Part shown: one piece after another, positions 45,275-55,253 of the stretch
Numbering within the stretch: position 1 is the first letter of the stretch
Layout of the letters: every line of letters starts with the position of its first letter
Assembly: GCA_963810095.1 (NCBI GenBank)
Contig: CAWEMM010000010.1
Coordinates: forward strand, 96,001 to 160,000
Reading direction: 5' to 3'
DNA: 64,000 nt
From: an uncultured Chloroflexia bacterium
Lineage (GTDB): Bacteria > Chloroflexota > Anaerolineae > CG2-30-64-16
Translations under genes and position numbers: made by a program
Notes under the pieces: generated by a model
The model's database searches: none
What the model was told of the DNA's origin: nothing
Seen by the model: only the letters and a program-made list of their open reading frames with translations

Positions 45275-45754
45275 GTGCTTGCCTCCTTTGACCTGATCAG
45301 CCGAATCGAGGGCTTCATTTCGACATTCGGCTACGCCGACTGGAAGAACGCTGCCCGGACGGCGGGTCCTGCCGGCATCGCGACCGAGTTTGCTCGCAGC
45401 CTGGGCGGCGCCAACCGCTGGCGCTTCTGGGTGCACCGGGATGCAGGCTGGAGCGGCATCGAGATCGAGCGCTTTCTGCGCAAGTACGGCGTCGTCGTCT
45501 GGGATCGCGGATTCGTGGGCGACGACTACTTCTTCTGCGTCAAGGCCCGCCAGGCCAACTGGGCCGAGTATCTCCTGCTCCGTCGCGGCATCCCGATCAC
45601 GGGCTCGCTGTACAACCCCGCTAACGGTGATTACGGCGCCGCGCATGCGCCCGGGGACGCCCCCCCGGCCTGGGTTGACCGGGGTCGGGCCCCTGGCCGA
45701 TGCGATCGACAAGCCTGGCCGACTGGCTGTAACGACCCTCGGCGACTGCTCTGA
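45275..45754 (+). CDS. Hypothetical protein
   Basis: Coding-like GC3 bias; [15 protein letters not shown]...[13 protein letters not shown]. Confidence 0.65.
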   Translation: MLASFDLISRIEGFISTFGYADWKNAARTAGPAGIATEFARSLGGANRWRFWVHRDAGWSGIEIERFLRKYGVVVWDRGFVGDDYFFCVKARQANWAEYLLLRRGIPITGSLYNPANGDYGAAHAPGDAPPAWVDRGRAPGRCDRQAWPTGCNDPRRLL

Positions 45755-45761
45755 TTGTTAA

Positions 45762-46027
45762 ACGAAAAGGCCCCTCGAATTATGGGACGAGGGGCCTCGT
45801 GGTTCCACCCAATTTTGCCGGGGCGGGCTGCACCCGTGCGGCATCTCAACGGGCCTGTAACGGGGCCGGCCGTGAATCCATACTCTCAGTTCCGGATTCC
45901 GCTCCCGGGGGGTTTTCCGTCTTGCCGTGCGAGGCGGTTCTCAGCTCTGGAATGGCTGCTGGTGCGCCACTCCCCGCCCTCTCTGACGCCGTTGCGCAAC
46001 GTACTCGTCCCGGTCAACGCTTTTTCG
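45762..46027 (-). promoter_or_regulatory. T-box riboswitch, probable Thr (ACC) specifier
   Basis: AATTGGGTGGAACCACG T-box, terminator hairpin with U-run, stem I motifs (GAGTA, AGAGA, GCTGAGA), GAAA-ACC specifier, CCGTTA. Confidence 0.9.
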
Positions 46028-46038
46028 TATTGCCGCTC

Positions 46039-46066
46039 ATTATATGCCCGCCGCTTCTCTTGTCAA
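46039..46066 (-). promoter_or_regulatory. Promoter of the T-box leader
   Basis: TTGACA-16 nt-TATAAT. Confidence 0.75.
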
Positions 46067-46083
46067 GCGCCGGACCGGAAATG

Positions 46084-46111
46084 AAAAAACAGCCAGTCTT
46101 CCGACTGGCTG
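46084..46111 (-). terminator. Intrinsic terminator after tRNA-Val
   Basis: cagccagtc/gactggctg stem plus T6 on the minus strand. Confidence 0.8.
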
Positions 46112-46114
46112 CGA

Positions 46115-46188
46115 TGGGCGGTAGAGGGCTTGAACCTCTGACCTCAGCGATGTCAACGCTGCGCTCTAGCCAACTGAGCTAACCGCCC
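46115..46188 (-). tRNA. tRNA-Val (GAC)
   Basis: Cloverleaf; loop TTGACAT. Confidence 0.95.
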
Positions 46189-46244
46189 GAACAGTGCAAC
46201 ATTATACGGATGGAAGCGGCTTTGTGCAAATTGCCGCTCCGCGT

Positions 46245-46484
46245 TCATCTGGCGGCGGGCGGGGCGTCGAGGTTGAGGGCTTGCAGCAGGCGGGTCTTCA
46301 CGTCGTCTGGCAGCGGCTCGTGCCCGTGCTCGTGATACAGCGTGACGGTGCGCGTCAGTGTGTCGACCACGATCCGGCAGTTCTCGCAGCACGCGAGGTG
46401 CTCCTCGATCTCCGCGCACAAGTCAGCTTCGAGCTCGCCGTCGATATAGTCGGATAGGTTCCCCAACATGTCTCTGCATCCCAC
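46245..46484 (-). CDS. Zinc-binding anti-sigma factor (zf-HC2)
   Basis: C...LSDYIDGEL...EEHLACCENC; SD AAGGAGG before GTG. Confidence 0.88.
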   Translation of the reverse strand: MGCRDMLGNLSDYIDGELEADLCAEIEEHLACCENCRIVVDTLTRTVTLYHEHGHEPLPDDVKTRLLQALNLDAPPAAR

Positions 46485-46485
46485 C

Positions 46486-47145
46486 TTATCGTTCCTCCTT
46501 TGCCGCTCCCGCCCTCTCGCTTCCGGCCCGCTCGCGCGTCCCAGTGCTCGGCGCCAGGCCGTCATGCGCAAAGTAGCCGGTCAGCCGCTCGCGCAGCGCC
46601 AAGCGCGCCCGGTGCAGGCGCACCTTGGCGTTGGTCTCGGTGAGCCCGAGCGCCGCGGCGGTCTCGGCGGTCGACAGGCCCTCGATGTCGCGCAGCACGA
46701 ATACCGTGCGCAGCGATTCGGGGAGCGTTTCGAGCGCGGCGTCGAGCACGGTGCGAAGCTCCCGATTCAAAAGCAGTTGGTCGGGGAGCGAACCCCAATC
46801 GACCAGCTCACGCGGCAGCGTGTCGCCCTCTTCGGTCGTCACAGGCTCGTCGAGCGAATCGGTGGGCGGCCGGCGCTTGCGCAGCCGCATCATCGCCGCG
46901 TTGTAGCCGATGCGATACAGCCACGTGCCCAGCTGGCTGCGTCCTTCGAACCTTGGCAGCGCCTTGAACGCGCTGATGAAGGTTTCCTGCAGCACTTCCT
47001 CGGCCTCGTGCGGGTCCTGCATGAGCCGCAGCGCCAGGTTGTAAACGACCGGCGAGTGGCGTTCCACGATCTCGGTAAAAGCGTCCTGCCGGCCGGCCTG
47101 TGCGGCTGCCACCAGTTCTTCTTCGGTACGGTAGACAGTAGCCGT
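46486..47145 (-). CDS. ECF RNA polymerase sigma factor
   Basis: AEEVLQETF, TWLYRI, VKVRLHRAR-like region 4; start uncertain (ACG 47145 or GTG 47112). Confidence 0.92.
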   Translation of the reverse strand, partial: TATVYRTEEELVAAAQAGRQDAFTEIVERHSPVVYNLALRLMQDPHEAEEVLQETFISAFKALPRFEGRSQLGTWLYRIGYNAAMMRLRKRRPPTDSLDEPVTTEEGDTLPRELVDWGSLPDQLLLNRELRTVLDAALETLPESLRTVFVLRDIEGLSTAETAAALGLTETNAKVRLHRARLALRERLTGYFAHDGLAPSTGTRERAGSERAGAAKEER

Positions 47146-47203
47146 AGTACGCTCCTTTCGATGCGCGCTGGCGCGACAAGGTTACGACGCAGCCCTGAGT
47201 TTA

Positions 47204-47266
47204 AACACAAAGGCACAAAGACACAAGGAGCCCGGCGGGCCCGGATGCTTGTGCCTCTGTGCCTTC
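47204..47266. repeat. Intergenic palindrome, family A
   Basis: aacacaaaggcacaaagacacaag ... cttgtgcctctgtgcctt. Confidence 0.72.
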
Positions 47267-47293
47267 AGCTTGAAAGCGTGTGCGCTTGCGCGC

Positions 47294-47689
47294 TTACGCG
47301 AGCAGGCGCTCCATCTTGTTCTTGAGCGTGCCGTACTGCGTGACGCCCACGATGCGGTCCACTTCCTGGCCGCCCTTGAAGTAGATCAGGGTGGGGATGC
47401 CCATGATGCCGTAGCGCGACAGGATGTCGGGGCACTCGTCGGCGTCGATCTTTGCCACCAGCGCGCGGCCGGCATACTCGTTCGCCAGCTTGGCCACCGA
47501 CGGTGCGATCGCGTGGCACGGCCCGCACCACTCGGCCCAGAAGTCGACGACCACCGGCTGCTCGGCCTGGAGCACCTGCGTCTCGAATTCGTCGCACGTC
47601 AAGTGCCGGGGCTCAGTTGCGGCCGGCTTGTCGCCCGCAGCAGCCGTCTCTTCCTTCTCACTACCCATGATCCGCTTAAGCAAATCCAT
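47294..47689 (-). CDS. trxA: Thioredoxin
   Basis: DFWAEWCGPC, GIPTL. Confidence 0.93.
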   Translation of the reverse strand: MDLLKRIMGSEKEETAAAGDKPAATEPRHLTCDEFETQVLQAEQPVVVDFWAEWCGPCHAIAPSVAKLANEYAGRALVAKIDADECPDILSRYGIMGIPTLIYFKGGQEVDRIVGVTQYGTLKNKMERLLA

Positions 47690-47707
47690 GACGCATCTCC
47701 TCTGTAA

Positions 47708-47977
47708 TTATTCCAGCTTCTTGAGCGTGGCCATCAGTTGGTCCAGCATGGCGTCCATCTCGCCATTCGCCGGCTCGAGCATGCACCGTTCGGCATAAGC
47801 GCGCGCCAGGACGAGGCTGGCGTGATGCACCGCCGAACGGATGGCCGACATCTGCTGCAGGATGGCTCCGCAATCGCGTTCCTCCTGGACCATCTTCTCG
47901 ACCCCACGCACCTGGCCCTCGATCCGGTGCAAACGTGCAGTGAGGTCTGCCTTGATCTCCGGCGATCTTAATTCCAT
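47708..47977 (-). CDS. CsoR/RcnR-family repressor
   Basis: RLHRIEGQVRGVEKM...DC..ILQQMSAIRSA. Confidence 0.9.
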   Translation of the reverse strand: MELRSPEIKADLTARLHRIEGQVRGVEKMVQEERDCGAILQQMSAIRSAVHHASLVLARAYAERCMLEPANGEMDAMLDQLMATLKKLE

Positions 47978-48016
47978 AAGCCCTCGTCCCGATTTGACAT
48001 GCCCTGCTCGAACTAC

Positions 48017-48057
48017 TATACTCCCCTATAGTATATGCAACCGGGTATGGTTGTCAA
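48017..48057 (-). promoter_or_regulatory. Promoter and CsoR-type operator
   Basis: TTGACA-16 nt-TATACT overlapping the palindrome TATACT-cccctat-AGTATA with a C-tract. Confidence 0.65.
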
Positions 48058-48070
48058 ATAGCGAGGGCAG

Positions 48071-48265
48071 ATGGCGACGAGCAGCGGCAAGCAACTGAAC
48101 ATCGGCGTACCGCTCACGGCGGAAGAGGTCGTCGAACTGAAGATGATCGCGCAGGACGAGGATGCGGCTGCCGCGCTGGACTTCGTCCGGCGGCTGCGGC
48201 GGAAGGTGCAGGAAATCGAGCGCCGGCACTGCGGCGATCCGGACAAGTTGCCGGGGATGAATTAG
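48071..48265 (+). CDS. Small hypothetical protein (64 aa)
   Basis: SD GAGGG; coding-like codon bias. Confidence 0.55.
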   Translation: MATSSGKQLNIGVPLTAEEVVELKMIAQDEDAAAALDFVRRLRRKVQEIERRHCGDPDKLPGMN

Positions 48266-48271
48266 TGTCCG

Positions 48272-48333
48272 CAACACAAAGACACAAAGGCACGAAGTAT
48301 CCCAGTTGCTCGTGTCTTTGTGTCTTTGTGTTG
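48272..48333. repeat. Intergenic palindrome, family A
   Basis: caacacaaagacacaaaggcacga ... tcgtgtctttgtgtctttgtgttg. Confidence 0.8.
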
Positions 48334-48335
48334 AG

Positions 48336-48983
48336 CTAAAGCAGCGCGTTCAGCCGCTCGCGTGACTCCTCGAAAAGCTTCTCGTGCAGGCTTACGCCGT
48401 GCGAGTCCATGGTGACGACGGCCGGGAAGCCCTCGACGCGGACGACCCAGAAGGCTTCGGGAACGCCGAGCTCTTCCTTTTTGTAGACCGCAACGACTTC
48501 CTTCACGTAGCTGGCGATCAGGGTCGCGGCGCCCCCCACGGCATGCAGGTAGACCGCGCCGTACTGTTGGCAGGCTGCGAGGGTCTTGGGGCCCATGCCG
48601 CCTTTGCCGATCACGGCCCGCAGTCCAAAGTGCTGGATCACGCCGGCCTCATAGGGTTCCTCGCGTGTGCTCGTCGTCGGGCCGGCGGACACGAAGTGCC
48701 ACTTGCCTGCTTCATCTCTGCTTACCACGGGCCCGCAGTGGTACATCACTCCGCCCTGCCACAGCCGCGCCAGTTCGTCGTGAATCGGCTGGTCGGCTGG
48801 GGGAATTGGGCCGTGGAAGAAGGTGTCCTTCATGTACTTGTGCGCCGCGTCGCGTGCGGTCACGACGAGGCCGTGGAGCCGCACCTGGTCGCCCACGTGC
48901 AGGTTGCGAATTGCTGCTTCACTGATGGGGATTTGCAGGTCGAAACCGGCGGGTTGGTTGGTTGCCATGGGACCCTCACTCAA
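48336..48983 (-). CDS. Class I fumarate hydratase, beta subunit
   Basis: TARDAAH, HCGP, AGPTTS, IGKGGM, DSHG. Confidence 0.9.
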   Translation of the reverse strand: MSEGPMATNQPAGFDLQIPISEAAIRNLHVGDQVRLHGLVVTARDAAHKYMKDTFFHGPIPPADQPIHDELARLWQGGVMYHCGPVVSRDEAGKWHFVSAGPTTSTREEPYEAGVIQHFGLRAVIGKGGMGPKTLAACQQYGAVYLHAVGGAATLIASYVKEVVAVYKKEELGVPEAFWVVRVEGFPAVVTMDSHGVSLHEKLFEESRERLNALL

Positions 48984-49846
48984 TCGTTACCTGGCCGTCG
49001 CGGTAGATCAGCGTCCGCCGGCGGTCGGCCCAGCACATGTAGGATGCGGTGACGAAGTAGGAGGCCGGGAGGCGCTCCAGCGAATCGATCTTCACCGACA
49101 GCACCGTCGTTTTGCCGCCAAAGCCCATCGGTCCGATCCCGAGTGTGTTCGCCTCTTGCGTCAGCCGCTGCTCCAGCGCGGCCAGCTTGGGATCCGCGTT
49201 GACATCGTCGAGCGGCCGGTAGAACTGCTCTTTCGATTTGATGTAGCTCGAGCCACGATCGCCGCCGACGGCTACCCCAATGACCGCGGGCGCGCAGCCC
49301 ATGCCTTGCGCCTGGTGTACCGCATCCAGCACGGCCCGGCGCACCCCTTCCAGGTCCCGGTTCGCGTCGAGCCGCGCGGTCCGGCAGGCTGTACTGGGCC
49401 CCCACGTTCTCACACCCGCCGCCCTTCAGCATCAAGTCCACCTGCAGATAGGGCTGTTCCCACTCTTCGAAGTGAAAGTATGGGAAGTCCTCGCCGAGGT
49501 TGTTCCCAGGATTCTTGCCCGTGAGCGTGTCGACCGAGTTGGGCCGGAGATAAGATTTGGCCGTCGCAGTCTCCACTGCCTCGCGGACTTGTTTCTTCAG
49601 CGCCAAGGTCGACCAGCCCGTTGGGTAGTAAACATAAAAGATGGGCGTCCCGGTGTCCTGACAGATGGGGGTCGAGCCGGCGCGCGAGAGGCGGACGTTC
49701 TCGAGGATCGAGTCGAATGTGGTTTGGGCAGCCGAGCCGGCTTCTTCGCCGTCGCGTGCCTTGTGCAGCGCGGCCTCGATGTCGGCCGGCAAATCCGTGG
49801 ATGCACGCCGTATTAGTTCGATGAAGTGCGGAACGAGGTTTTCCAT
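48980..49846 (-). CDS. Class I fumarate hydratase, alpha subunit (frameshift at about 49380)
   Basis: PICQDTG, YLRPN, KGGGCEN, GIGPMGFGG, MCWADRR. Confidence 0.9.
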   Translation of the reverse strand: MENLVPHFIELIRRASTDLPADIEAALHKARDGEEAGSAAQTTFDSILENVRLSRAGSTPICQDTGTPIFYVYYPTGWSTLALKKQVREAVETATAKSYLRPNSVDTLTGKNPGNNLGEDFPYFHFEEWEQPYLQVDLMLKGGGCENVGAQYSLPDRAARREPGPGRGAPGRAGCGTPGARHGLRARGHWGSRRRRSWLELHQIERAVLPAARRCQRGSQAGRAGAAADARGEHTRDRTDGLWRQNDGAVGEDRFAGAPPGLLLRHRILHVLGRPPADADLPRRPGND

Positions 49847-50124
49847 GGGCCTCCTTCGGGATAAGCCAGGGGGATGCAACCGCCCTAACAGATCAGCCGA
49901 GGCGCACGTGAAACACGGTCTCGCGTTCGCCCCGCTCGCCGGTGAACTATAGCACGTGGGCCCGAGCGCGTCAACGCGCCCCTCGCCCCCTTGCCCCGCG
50001 CCTCTCGGGAAGGGGCGCGGGGCGCAGACAAACTCCTTGACCGCCCATCTCGCGGGCTGATATAATCGTTGAATCATCGGGACAAGCTTGTCATCTGCAG
50101 CCGCAGCAGCATAAGGAGGCCGGC

Positions 50125-50457
50125 ATGGAGTTTTCGTCGAAAGAGATGAAGCGATGCGAAATCGCCCATATCAGCGGTCGCGTCGACAGCAGCACGGCGC
50201 CTGAGATGCAGGAGTATCTCAACGGCCTCCTCAAGCGCGGGCGTTACAATCTGGTCTTGAACCTGCGTGACGTCTCCTTCCTCAGCAGCGCGGGTCTGCG
50301 GGCCCTGCTCACCACGCTGCAGGCGTGCAAGAAACACGGCGGCGACGTTCGCCTCTCGGAGGTGTCGGACCAGGTGGCGCGGGTGCTGGAGCTGACCAGC
50401 TTTGACGTCTACTTCAAGTGCTTTACGAGCGACACGGAGGCCGTGGGCAGTTACTAG
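50125..50457 (+). CDS. STAS anti-sigma-factor antagonist
   Basis: GRVDS, VSFLSSAGLRAL; promoter TTGACC-18-TATAAT at 50037-50066. Confidence 0.9.
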   Translation: MEFSSKEMKRCEIAHISGRVDSSTAPEMQEYLNGLLKRGRYNLVLNLRDVSFLSSAGLRALLTTLQACKKHGGDVRLSEVSDQVARVLELTSFDVYFKCFTSDTEAVGSY

Positions 50458-50480
50458 CAAGCAGTGAGAGGAGCGTGTTA

Positions 50481-51758
50481 GTGGCCTCACTCCCGCCCGA
50501 GATCATCACTCGCCTGCCCGTATTCGCTTCGCTTTCCGCAAAGGAGGCGGACCGGCTCGCCCTTGCCATGGAAGAAGTAGAGACCGAGCCCGGCCAGACC
50601 CTATTCGTTGAAGGTGCGCCGGGCGATGGCTTCTTCATGGTGCTCGACGGGCAGGTCGAGATCGTGAAAGCTGTGGGCACGGCCGAGGAACGCGTGCTGA
50701 CGGTGCGCGGCGCGGGCGATTACTTCGGCGAGATGAGCCTGCTGGACCCGGCCGGCATGCGCACGGCATCTGCGCGCACGCCCGTCGCCACTCGCCTGCT
50801 ATTCCTCTGCCGCGACGACTTTCTGGAGCTGCTCCTGGCCCACCCGACGCTCGCATACGAGATGGTGCGTGTTCTCACCCTCCAACTCCGGGACAGCAAC
50901 AACGCGACGATTTCAGACTTGCGGCGGAAGAATCATGACCTGTCGGTTGCCTATGCGGAGTTGAAAGCGGCGCAGGCGCAAATCATCGAGAAGGAGAAGC
51001 TCGAGCAGGAGCTGCGCACTGCCCAGCGTATCCAGATGAGCATTTTGCCGAGCGGGCTTCCGACACTGACCGGCTACGATTTCGGGGCTGTCCTGATGCC
51101 CGCCCGCTCGGTGGGCGGCGACCTGTACGACTTCATTGAGTTGGGCGGCCGGCGGCTTGGCATTGCCGTGGGAGATGTGTCGGACAAGGGTGTGCCCGCA
51201 GCGATCTTTATGGCGTTGACTCGCAGCCTGCTGCGCGCCGAGGCAACCAGGGGCACCGCCGGCGAGCCCGTTGGGCCGCAGCAGGCGCTCGAACGTGTCA
51301 ACCGTCTCTTGCTCGACATGAATGAAGAGGGCATGTTCGTGACCCTCTTGTACGGCATCCTGGATGCCGACACCTGTACCTTTGCGTATGCCCGGGCGGG
51401 CCACGAGCTGCCGCTCCTGTTGCGGTCGGCGCATGCCGCCGACGGCCCGTGCGCCCGGCTCGCCGCCCAGGGACTGGGCGCGCCACTGGGGCTCTTCCCA
51501 ACCGTCGCGATCGACGAACAGGTCATTCAGCTTCTACCGCATGATACGCTGCTGCTCTACACCGATGGCGCGACAGATATGACAGACGGGCAGAACGAAG
51601 CGTACGGTATGGAGCGGCTGCAGGGCAGCACGTGTTCTGCCGTCGATGCGGGCAGCGCCCAAGGATTTTGCGAGCGGATCTGGCGTGACCTGGCGGCGTA
51701 CCAGGGGCATGCGGTGCAGGCCGACGACGTCGCGCTCGTGGCGCTGCGGGTGGGGTAG
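50481..51758 (+). CDS. cNMP-binding domain plus SpoIIE/PP2C phosphatase
   Basis: FGEMSLL...RTASA; VGGDLYD, GDVSDKG, YTDG, DDVA. Confidence 0.92.
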   Translation: MASLPPEIITRLPVFASLSAKEADRLALAMEEVETEPGQTLFVEGAPGDGFFMVLDGQVEIVKAVGTAEERVLTVRGAGDYFGEMSLLDPAGMRTASARTPVATRLLFLCRDDFLELLLAHPTLAYEMVRVLTLQLRDSNNATISDLRRKNHDLSVAYAELKAAQAQIIEKEKLEQELRTAQRIQMSILPSGLPTLTGYDFGAVLMPARSVGGDLYDFIELGGRRLGIAVGDVSDKGVPAAIFMALTRSLLRAEATRGTAGEPVGPQQALERVNRLLLDMNEEGMFVTLLYGILDADTCTFAYARAGHELPLLLRSAHAADGPCARLAAQGLGAPLGLFPTVAIDEQVIQLLPHDTLLLYTDGATDMTDGQNEAYGMERLQGSTCSAVDAGSAQGFCERIWRDLAAYQGHAVQADDVALVALRVG

Positions 51759-51847
51759 GACGACCGGAGTTCTGCGCTTGCTTGTGCTTTGCCGCGGTCC
51801 TTGTGCTAGAATCGTTCCGAGACTGGAGCCCTGAGGAGAGGTAGCGC

Positions 51848-52072
51848 GTGCGCCCGACGCTTTACGTGGACCCGGCCCTTTGCAAGACCTGTTCGTCGTG
51901 CTCGGCACGGCGGGCGTGCCGGCCGCGCGCCATCCTGCAGATGGATCGGGGCGAGCTGCCGGCCGTGGACGCGTCCCGCTGCCTCGGCTGCAAGGCCTGC
52001 ATGGCGTCCTGCCCCCACGGCGCACTGTCGATCATGGAAGAGCGCCCCGCCGCGAACCCCGAATCGCGCTAG
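51848..52072 (+). CDS. 4Fe-4S dicluster ferredoxin
   Basis: CKTCSSC...C and CLGCKACMASCP. Confidence 0.85.
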   Translation: MRPTLYVDPALCKTCSSCSARRACRPRAILQMDRGELPAVDASRCLGCKACMASCPHGALSIMEERPAANPESR

Positions 52073-52095
52073 CTGACCCTTCGAGCCGGCCAGGC

Positions 52096-53019
52096 TCAGG
52101 CCCGGGCGAGGCTCCCCAAACGTTCCGTTTCCGCGGCCAGCGCGAAATCCCAGAATGCCTGCTGCAGCGGCGTGGCCGTCCGCCTGAGGTGGCGCACGAG
52201 GTAGATTCCCCTTGTCAGGCTAAGCCCCTCCACCGGTACTTCCACGACCCGACCCAGGGCCAATCCGCGCGCAGCGGCCAACCGCGAGACGAATGCCGCT
52301 CCGATCCCTGCCTCAACCGACATCTCGACCGCTTCAGCACTCGCCAGGGTCAGCACTGTTCGCAGTTGCCCGATTTCAAGTCCGTGGCTCGCCAAGCCCT
52401 CGGCCAGCACCTCGTTTGACGCGGCGGTGCTCTCGCGCAGGATAAACGGCTCGCCGAGCAGGTCCACGGGCGCGACGACCCGGCCATCGGCCCAGGGGTG
52501 ATCGGCCGCAACGATCAGGACAATGTTGTCGCGCACCAGCGGCTCGTAGGCCAGTTCGGCGTGATTTGCCCGGCCCCCCGCTACGGCGAGCTCCGAACGG
52601 CCTGCCAACAGCCATTCGATCGCCAAGCGCCGGCTGGTCAGGTTGACGGATACCCGAACCTGCGGGTAGCAGTGGCGAAAGCCTGCCACGAGGCGGGGCA
52701 GAACGTACTTGCCCACCGTCGTACTGCATGCAATGGTGAGATCGCCCGTGACCACGCCCCGCAGGCCCGACATCGTTTCTTCGATGTGCTTGCCATGTCG
52801 CAGCGCGTCTTGCGCCATGGGCAACAGCACGCGCCCGGCGTCGCTGAGCTGGATCGTGCGCCCGTTGCGGTGGAATAATTCGATCCCCAGCTGCTTTTCC
52901 AGGTTACCGATGTGCAGGCTCACGGCCGGCTGGCTGAGGTACAAGCGCCGCGCAGCGACCGAGAAGTTCTGGGCAAGCGCGGCTTCGACAAAGACGTTGA
53001 GTTCGTGGAGGTTGAGCAA
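52096..53019 (-). CDS. LysR-family transcriptional regulator
   Basis: NFSVAARRLYLSQPAVS...LEKQLG.ELF.R. Confidence 0.93.
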   Translation of the reverse strand: MLNLHELNVFVEAALAQNFSVAARRLYLSQPAVSLHIGNLEKQLGIELFHRNGRTIQLSDAGRVLLPMAQDALRHGKHIEETMSGLRGVVTGDLTIACSTTVGKYVLPRLVAGFRHCYPQVRVSVNLTSRRLAIEWLLAGRSELAVAGGRANHAELAYEPLVRDNIVLIVAADHPWADGRVVAPVDLLGEPFILRESTAASNEVLAEGLASHGLEIGQLRTVLTLASAEAVEMSVEAGIGAAFVSRLAAARGLALGRVVEVPVEGLSLTRGIYLVRHLRRTATPLQQAFWDFALAAETERLGSLARA

Positions 53020-53203
53020 GATGAGGCCTCGGCAAGAAATCAGCGGAGCACCGGCTGGAGTCCGATGGCACTATAACTCGCGCCAATGACGGCCGCCATG
53101 ATGACCATCATGTCTCATATAACAAAAGTGGTGGGGTGAGCCGAACCGCCGTTATACTGGCCTCGCAGGCAGTTTGCTGCCATTTCATCCTCGGAGGCCG
53201 CCC

Positions 53204-55137
53204 ATGATGCGCCGGCTGTTCGTTGCCCTGCTCGCGTTCCTGTGCCTGTCCATCGCCGCACCCGGTGTCCAGGCTCAAGCTGCGCCGCCCCACCGTCTCT
53301 ACTTGCCCCTCGTGCTCCGCGAGCCGCTCCCCGTCCTGATCGCCGCGCTGCACTACGACGGCATCATCTCCGGTGAGCCCGACGAGGGGTTTCAACTCTA
53401 CAACCCAAACGAGTACTCGATCACGCTGGCAGGCTGGCAGGTGCGCAGCGGCAGCCGCACGGTCACCTTTCCGCCGGGGATGTCCATCAGCGCGCGGTCG
53501 GCCTTCTGGTGCGGCCGCGAGGCGGTCGCGTTCGGCCGGTCGTTCGGCCATCCACCTTCCTGCGAGTGGGCGGCCGACACTAACCCCAACGTGCCAAACC
53601 TTACCGGCACCGGCCTCACCTTCTCCAATGCGGGCGCGGCCGTGGTCCTGCTGCGCCCCGACGGCACGGCGAGCGACGTCCTCGTCTACAAGGCGGGCGC
53701 AATTCCGCCGGAAGGCGGCTGGCAAGGGCCAGCGCTCTATCCGTACAAGCCTTCGTCGGCATTTCACGAGCAGGGCCAGGTGCTCTACCGCAAGCTGAAG
53801 CCGCACATCTACCGCTGGCTGGACACCTACACTGCCGAGCCGCAAGGCGACACGAACATCCGGGCCGACTGGGCGAGCGAGCCGGACGACGTGCTGGAGG
53901 GCCGCCGGGTGCGCTATGCGGGCTGGGACCTCGTGCACTTCCTCGAGCCGGTCCGGCAGGCCGGCGTATTCCTGCAAGTCTTTGTCGCGCCCGACAACTC
54001 CTACGCCGCGCTCCGCGATCGCCTGGCTGGCGCGACACGGAGCATCACGTTCCTGGGCTACACCTTCGAGAGCGCGCCGCTGGCCCAGTTGATCGCGGAG
54101 CGGGCGCGCGCCGGGGTCGAGGTGATTATGCTGCTGGAGGGCGCGCCGCCCGGCGGCGTGTCCGACCAGCAGCGGTGGGCCGTGCAACGGATGGCGGAGG
54201 CGGGCGCGCAGATCTACTACATCGCGCGGCGACAGCGCGGCCGGCGTCCACGACCGCTATGCCAACTTGCACGCCAAGGCCTGGGTGATCGACTACGAGT
54301 TGGCCCTGATCGGCAGCGAAAACCCCAGCCCCGATTCCTTCCCCAACGATGACAAGGCGGACGGCACGACGGGTCGCCGGGGGGTGTACCTCGCGACCAA
54401 TGCCCCCGCGGTGGTCGACCGGGTGGAATCGATCATGGATCGTTCAATCGTCGCATATGACCGGGCGGTCGCTTTGCGGACATCTGGACCTATGACCCCG
54501 CGGACCCCGACCTCGGCGCGCCGCCCCCTGACTTCACGCCCGTCCTGACGAGCGGCGGCAGCACGTACCGCGTCCGCGTGCCCGAGCCGCTCACCGCCAC
54601 CGGCGAGTTCGAGTTTGAGCTGTGCCAGGCGCCCGAGCACGCGGTCACGCGCGAATCTGTGCGTGCTGGGGCTCGTGAATCGGGCCGGCGCGGGCGACAC
54701 GGTGCTCGTTGAGCAACTGGACGAGCCGCCCTTCTGGGGCCCGTCGGACGGGACGGTCGAAAGCGACCCGAATCCCCGTGCTCCAGGCATACATGGCTGC
54801 GGCACGCCGCGGGGCAAGGGTCCGCATCCTGCTCGACTCGTTCTTTGACGACCTTACGAGCAGCCGCAGCAACCTCCGGACGGAGGAGTACCTTACGTCG
54901 ATGGCCCGGCTCGAAGGGCTGGACTTGGAGGTGCGCCGCGGCAACCCGACAGGACTTGGGCCTGCACAATAAGATGGTGCTGGCCCAGATCGGCGGGCAC
55001 GGGCTGGGTCGATGGCGGGCAGCCTGAACGGCGGGGAGGCATCCGCGAAGCTCAACCGGGAGTTGAGCCTGGTGGTGCAGTCGGACGAAGCATACGGGTA
55101 TCTTGCCGCCATGTTCTGGGGCGATTGGGGCGGGTAA
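53204..55137 (+). CDS. Secreted lamin-tail + phospholipase D-family protein (several frameshifts)
   Basis: Signal peptide; LTD-like EGFQLYNP...LAGW; HAKAWVID...GSEN and HNKMVL...GSLN. Confidence 0.8.
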
Positions 55138-55253
55138 CCGAGCCGGCGCGCCGTCCGGGGCGGATTGACGCGAGCGAGCATCTGGCTATACTGGTAGATA
55201 CTTGGTCCGCCAGCCCGCCACCATTCCCCACCCGGCTCAATGAGGAACCTGCC

